This document shows positions 57,171 through 64,000 of a stretch of DNA of 64,000 bases, in pieces. The stretch is from Eledone cirrhosa (lineage: Eukaryota). Location of the stretch: the NCBI GenBank assembly GCA_964016885.1, contig OZ024752.1, forward strand, positions 28,644,001 through 28,708,000, written 5' to 3'. A program made the translations under genes and the position numbers. Numbering within the stretch: the first letter of the stretch is position 1; every line of letters begins with the position of its first letter. The notes below the pieces were generated by a model. That model did not search any database. It saw nothing but the letters and a program-made list of their open reading frames with translations, and was not told the origin of the DNA.

Positions 57171-59243
57171 GTTAAGCCTGGCGGAGCCCATCCCTCTCCA
57201 GGGCAGAGTACAACAGATTTCTTTCAGAGAAAGATAGAAAGTGAGAGAAAGGAAATGAGTACGGGATATAGAGAAAGAATCAACCCCAGTACTAGACTGG
57301 TACTTTTTTTATCGACCTCGAAAGATTGAAAGTCAAAATTGACCTCGGCGGGATTTGAACTCAGAACACTCTAGTATACTATAATGTATATATGAACGTG
57401 TAAATTCGCGTAACTTCGGAGTGTCTTAGGCATTTTTCAAAAACCTGGGGGGGACATCCCTTCTCTATACGTAAACACAGTCTATTTCTCCCAGAGAAAG
57501 ATAGCGGGGTGTGTGGAAGGAAGTAAGAAAGAGATACAGATAAAGAATCGTCCTCAATACAGATTAACACTTTTTGTCGACCTCGGAAATATCAAGGTAA
57601 AGCTGACCTTCAAATAATTTAAACTCGGAGCTCAGAGAGCCAGACCGAATACTGCTTTCTATCAGACGTTCTTATGACTCTGAAGATTCTTCGCCAATCT
57701 TATACTATAATATGATGTATTTAATAAGTATGTTGAACTTGGAAACAATGTAGTTTCACTGACATGATGTAAAACACCCAATTTACCCATCAGTTATTTC
57801 ACATAGATTATAAGAAGAAATGAACTAACACGTTCTAACCAGTATCACAGATTTTAGTGGTAACAGAGAGGGCTCTTAGTACCTGATGGAGTTGTAGGGG
57901 TGTCGTCTTAACACACGTTTGTTTGGTATTTAAGCCTGGCGAAGCCCATTCCTCTCCAGGTGGGAAATCAGCCGATTTTTTTTTTTTTTCAGAGAAAGAG
58001 AAAGTGATAAAAAGAGATAGAGGAAGAATCAGCCCAAGTACTGGACTGGTACTTTATTTATCGACTTTGAAAAGATGAAAGGTAACATTTAACTTGGCTC
58101 GATATGAACTCAGAGGACTGAGAGTCAGAAGTGTTGCATTGAATGTCCAAACGACTCCAGTGGGGAAATATAGTCCGTTAAATCGACACCAATATATGAA
58201 CGGGTCATATTTCAATATTTCATTGAATCTAGAAGAGCGAATGGCAAAATTGACATCGGTGGAATTCAGTAGAACTTGTGTATAGTCGCTGCAGAACTTC
58301 AGCATCCCCTATTTTCACTCGATATTATCGATAACATTATGAGTCTTTTTTTTTAAATTTAATTCTTTCTTTATACTTGTACATTATATAATCCTTAATC
58401 TCAGTAACCAAATTACAAAAATTCTTGCATGGAACTGTGTACTTCACAGTTCCGCCGATGCGGTGTTTGGATGTTGAGCGCATGCGGTCATGTCCCCGGA
58501 AAGAAACTGAATGCTGGTTAAAGAGTGCACCGCCATTCGTGCAGTGCCGCCCATATTTTCCAAGTGTGAGGTAGGGTTTTTATTTTTTACTCAGCGTATG
58601 TTGTGCTTAAAAACCATGTACCATATTCTTCAATTTTTGATAAACTGTAGGTGATTATCATGCTTCCAGCTATTCTATTCATAGTTTGTTTGTTTTGTTT
58701 TGGGGTTTTTTGGGAGGGGTCAGTTGTTTTATTGTATAGAAAATTTAAATAGTTTAACCATGACCTCCTTGCATCCCCAATAAATAAGTTCTGTGACAGT
58801 TAGTGAACTTCAACAGCTTAAGAAGTGTTCACAGTCGTAAATAATAATTTTTTCGTTTAGGATTTTATTAAGTTTATAATCAAATTTCATTTTATATGTT
58901 TGTTTCGTTTTACACAATATTAAAACAATGGCTAAACATTTTTGAAACAGCACCCCAATTAATTTTAGCCACGACCCGCCACGGGAGGAATTTGAACTCA
59001 AAACAGTTAAACTTGATAGGCATTTAATTAAGCATCTGACCGTGCTTGCCATTCAATCGTATTTTCCCTTCAGTATTAGAACCAGTTTTATATTCTGGAT
59101 TATTTAAACATTGGAAATCATGGATAAACTAAATAACATGTAGTGGTGTATTTTTCCTTTTCCAAATGAAAATAAGCAATATAAAGAGAGAGAGAAAAAA
59201 GCTTTGAGTAGGGGTCGCAAGGTTAGTATGTCGTGCGATACCT

Positions 59244-59710
59244 AGGATGAAAGGCAAAGTTAACCACGGCGGGATTTGAACTCAGGCCGTATAGGGACGC
59301 AACTCTATGCTGTAGAGCATGGCGGCCTATCCTCTACCAATACTGCCAATCTACCCATATAATTGTTTCTACTTTAGGCACAAGGCCAGCAATTACCCAG
59401 TGCATTACTGGTACTTTATTTTATCGACCCCGTAAGGATGAAAGGCAAAGTCAACCTCGGCATGATTTGAACTCAGATCGTAAAGGGACGTAACTATGCT
59501 GCAAAGCATGGCGTCCGACCCTCTACCGATGCTGCCAATCCATATAATGATTTCTAATTTTAGGCACAAGGCCACCAAATTTGAAGGGAAGGGGAAAGTC
59601 AATAATATTGACATCAGTATTTGACAGGTATTTTATTTTCGACCACGGTAGAATGTTGACCTCTGTGATATTTGAACTCAGAAAACAAAAAACCGTAAAG
59701 CATTTGGCTG
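59244..59710 (-). mobile_element. Tandem family-A SINE copies (partial, full, diverged)
   Basis: Copies at about 59244-59357, 59360-59543 and 59548-59710. Confidence 0.8.
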
Positions 59711-60293
59711 ACGCACCCATATTCCACCGCCTTGGCCACCGTCGTAATGAAATTTGTTTTGCAGCGATAATACACTTTCCTCCGCAAAAACAATTTAATA
59801 AATTAAACAAAAAGTAACAAAGATAACCATGAAACACACTGAACTGAATTTAAAATTGAAATTTTTTTATTTAGTCTCATTTTTTTTTAAATATTTAATT
59901 ATTCAGCATAATTAGATTGCCATTTGTTATATAATAAATCAATAATGTAATTGTTTCCCATAATTACTAGATAATTAAAATCATATATCATTGCAGTTGG
60001 TTCTATATTATTTTTGTATTTTGCATTTTGTGCTTTTGTCATTTTATCTTCCTCATCAGTATTATCATTATGACCATCTCGGCCAGCCATTTGAAGTTTC
60101 TTGAATCAATGGCAGACCACTACAGACATACACAATTTCAAGTATGAGAAAACGTTGATTTATTTTAAGAGGAAATATTTATTTTTCACTTGTTTCTATA
60201 TTTATGGTGTCTGTTGTTGACATCGTCGTCGTTGTTGTTTTTTTGTCGCTGATTTATTTTCACAATACATTTTGGTGATACTAGAGTATGATT

Positions 60294-60458
60294 TTAAAAA
60301 TCAGTGCTTGAGCGGCTCTTCAAGTAAGGTGACATTTTCATGTGGCTCATCACACGGCTTCTCAAGGCCTGCAATTTGGGGTAGCTGCCCAAAATTGATC
60401 CATCGTCCATCAATGGGTTTTCAAGGGCACAGTAGCACATCAGATCAGCCATGGTCAT
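60294..60458 (-). CDS. S-crystallin B last coding exon
   Basis: TCTTCCAG acceptor, [15 protein letters not shown]...STDF*, 165 nt. Confidence 0.95.
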   Translation of the reverse strand: MTMADLMCYCALENPLMDDGSILGSYPKLQALRSRVMSHMKMSPYLKSRSSTDF

Positions 60459-62757
60459 CTGGAAGATTAGACATCATGTATGAATATATGAATACACAAA
60501 CATATATATACACACGTTGACATGGAGAAGGGAGACTGGTATGCATGGGCGACTACTGGCCTTCAACAAGCACATCTTGTCCAGGCTTATGCCTCGGAGG
60601 GAAACTTTCTAGATGTAAAATATTATGGTCATTCGTAATTAAAGGGGGGGGGGCTAAGGAATAGATTTTAATGATGGTAAGATTTAATTTGCGTTAGATC
60701 TTGCTGCTTTATCTAATACCCCAAACGAACACTTAATTGCTTCATTTTTCTTTTTAATCGTAAAGTGAGCTCTTTTCCAAGAGGAGGTAACTCATGCTGT
60801 TCTGCGTTAGTGGTGTTTGTAGTATTGATATTGATGTATTGGTGATTGGAGAAATGACGTTTATTTGTGGCTGTTTTTTGTTCAGCTATTTTATATTGTG
60901 TGATGTGTGTGTCCACGTGTGTATCATGCTTTCATTATTGTTGTTGGAGGTGATGGTCTTTGTTATAACGATGTTTGTATTATCCTTGATGGTTGTCATC
61001 GTATTTCGTTGAAGCTTTTTCTGCTCGAACAAAACTATATTCGATACAGGATCAGCCCATCATTTTACAAAGACAAGCTTCAATGTTTATATGTAATTAA
61101 AGGAGAGAATAGACTTCTATTTCTAGCAGTTGTGGGGGTCGTGTATCTTAGGTGCGTGTACAGTGGTGGTAATTGCATTAGTTGTATTTAAGTGATGGCA
61201 CTTGGGATGATGAAGTTAATCTAACTAGCAATAGTATTGATGTATTAGAATTAAGTTGTAAGTGAAAGACACCAGATAACAAGGGTCGTGTGTGAATTAC
61301 ATTACGTATCGATATTATATATTCAGTAGCGGATCTAAAATATAATTGATAATTTATAAAATAAATACCTGGTCACCCATAAAGAATTGGTTTCCACTAT
61401 TACGCATCTCCAAGGTTCTTTCCATGAAGGGAAGGATTCTGCGGCAGGTTTCTTGGAATCTCATACGCCTCTCAGACTGTGATGAAAGATCAAAATCAAT
61501 TAATGAACATGAATCTATCACGTGCAATTCCGATCAATATAATAAATTTATTTCCAATTTCTCGTAATTAATTTTTTTTAAAGACATTGTCATTTGTTTT
61601 TAAGATTTGGCTGCTCTTTCTAGCAAACTTTTTCTGCCTCATGCCCCACCTCAAAATCTAAAATCTCAAACATTTGTATGCCCCACTTTGATATAAAAAC
61701 AGCGATGATAAACTACAAAGTGTAAACAAATTGGCATATGGGTGATGCCAGATGCACACTAACATGTGTGGAGAAGGTGAGACAGGAGTTTCCGACAGTA
61801 ATTTATACCAAAGTTACCTTGGTGGAGGTGGTGCCAGATGCACACTAACATGTGTGGAGAAGGTGAGACAGGAGTTTCCGACAGTAATTTATACCAAAGT
61901 TACCTTGGTGGAGGTGGTGCCAGATGCACACTAACATGTGTGGAGAAGGTGAGACAGGAGTTTCTGACAGTAATTTGTTCCAAAGTTGTGAAAGTAATAA
62001 GTTAAAACCTGAAGTTTGCTCTCATTAACATCATTTTCAAATTATCCCCCTTGAATACTCAAATTGCTCCACTGTGGGGCGTGCGCCGCACGTTGGAAAT
62101 CACTGTTTTAATCCATCGTTGTTTTGATGGCAGTTGGAAATCTATTGTGTTTAGATGCCTAATAAATATCGATTGTTCAATATTTGAATTAACAGTGATT
62201 CTATGTGAGGTTTCAGTGACATTTTACTGTTTATTTATTTTAAATATTTTGCTTCATGATTAAAGCTTGTCAACTCTGAAATATTGCTAAGTAGAGTTTG
62301 AAATCATCCATCTTATTTATATAATTAAACGATAATGCTATGAATATATTACACAATCTGAATATACATATTGATTTCTTTTTCACTAATGACATATTAC
62401 AATTAAACCTGTGATGTTCCTCTGTAAACATCGTTTACTGTATAATTCTATCTGTGTATTCCATGTCAATGAAATATTCATAAATCATATATTACTCACA
62501 CAGTTTAGATATATAGTGTTTCTAATTTGTTATATATTAAGTCCCAAAAGGAAAATTTGTTCTATTTGTATTTAATTGTTTGGTGGGGGCAGCTAGGAAA
62601 CTTATCTTTTAAGTTTTGTCTTTCTAGTGAAATCAGTAACGACTAATATACGACAGGATTTTACAACAACCACCTCCAAAAGTGAGACTAAGAATAACTT
62701 TGACATATATTAAAGAAATTCACTTACGGAACTGCCATTATCATAAGATCTTTGGAA
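60294..62757 (-). CDS. S-crystallin gene B, 3' part (last three coding exons; 5' exons outside window)
   Basis: Minus-strand exons 62757-62728, 61476-61369 and 60458-60294 have the same lengths and phases as gene A (30/108/165 nt). They splice to [100 protein letters not shown]. Confidence 0.94.
61369..61476 (-). CDS. S-crystallin B penultimate coding exon
   Basis: TCACAG acceptor, [24 protein letters not shown]...MGDQ, donor GTATTT. Confidence 0.95.
61746..61987. repeat. 86-bp tandem repeat, ~2.8 copies, in a gene B intron
   Basis: TGCCAGATGCACAC at 61746, 61832 and 61918. Confidence 0.92.
62728..62757 (-). CDS. S-crystallin B 30-nt loop micro-exon ([10 protein letters not shown])
   Basis: TTTCTTTTAG acceptor, GTAAGT donor, phase 0-0, homologous to 8756-8785. 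Confidence 0.9.
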
Positions 62758-64000
62758 CTAAAAGAAATATAAGAAAGAAAATTATATAAATGAGAGATTT
62801 ATTGAAAATCATAGAAGATTAACTGCTTAAATAGTTATGAATTTGTTTCATAATTTTATTTCTGAGATAAGCTGCCAACTGTTGTAGCTTTATATCTGAT
62901 AACTATAAATAAGCACAGTTTTATTAAGGCTACATTTAATTTGTTTTCAGTAGTAGTTTTCATTTACAGTTTTTTTATAGTTTTCAAAAACACATATTAG
63001 TATAGTTAGCAAACATATATTTAGAAACTAATTTAAACAGTACGTATGTATCTGAAAATATAACAAAATCATTAGGAATAACAAATCCTATATGGATTTT
63101 TAATATGATTGAACCTCTGTTGAGAAGATGTATTATGTTCAGTTAAGTCTATTTACATCTTTAATACCAATCCTACTGTCAAGTTAATGATAAGATTTGT
63201 ACCCTCCACTGTAGAAAACAATATGTACTTGTGATACTTTGCAGCGGGGAAATCAACTTGCATACACATATTGGACTACTTTGTGGGCAGTAAGTTGTCA
63301 TAAATTATAGAGCCAAGATATTGAATGCATTACAGTATCTATTCTGATCATTTCTAAAGTACTTATTTTGCCAGGAATTTGACATAACTGAATTCAGACA
63401 CTTGGATATCAATGATAGAAAATTGTTAATAACAATTCTTTGAAAGTTATACACAAAGCCATATATGTTTGGGTAGCTATAATCGATTAAATCTATGCCA
63501 GTACCTAAAGGGTTCTTATTTTTTAGGGGTATAAAGGATCGAAGGAATGTCGTTCTTAGCGAGTTTAAGTTGGCCAAGTCTGTCGATCTCTTCGCTTTGC
63601 TGTTAGCTCGGGAAAATGATCACTGATCTCTATTCTAGATCAGGCGAACGACAACCTGAGATCACCTCATACGCAAGGGTATGCGAATTTGAAATTAGAA
63701 TGTAAAGAAACTAAATTAAATGCCTCAAGGAATGGGTTCCAGTGTTGTACTGATTCAGTTATATTATTCCTGTGTATACTAAGAAATAATTATTTCGTAC
63801 ATAGAATTAAGTTATCAACAGTACTATATAAAAGGTATTTATTTTAACGACTTTAGAAAGATGACAAGCAAAGTAGAAACTGTAAGATTTGAAAACAAAC
63901 CAAAATGAATAGAGAATATATAGTGGAAGATATTTTTTGGCAATCTACAATTTCTGCTATCAATCTCATTACTATAGTATTATATTCTAGACAACTTATT

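Overview
AT-rich, microsatellite-dense eukaryotic DNA, almost certainly from a cephalopod (octopus). Two lens S-crystallin (sigma-GST-derived) genes face each other tail-to-tail. Gene A (+, 835-16313) is complete, with six coding exons encoding 215 aa. Gene B (-, 60294-62757) shows its last three coding exons, and the rest lies beyond the window. Introns and the 44-kb spacer are filled with tRNA-derived SINEs, LINE fragments (Tx1/L1-like, RTE, CRE-like, and a near-intact 5'-truncated R4/Dong-like element in a (CATA)n tract), Helitron-like elements, a 1-kb foldback element and several minisatellites. The most striking unexplained layer is more than a dozen type I hammerhead-ribozyme (HHR) motifs from several unrelated families. 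Most sit beside (TA)n tracts in tandem or fold-back structures (279-, ~305- and 557-nt monomers, a 1.8-kb palindrome), next to Penelope-like endonuclease remnants. This looks like a diverse retrozyme/Penelope-derived population, and two motifs lie in sense orientation inside a crystallin intron. All calls were read by eye. Repeat boundaries are approximate, and family names come from motif recall rather than database searches.
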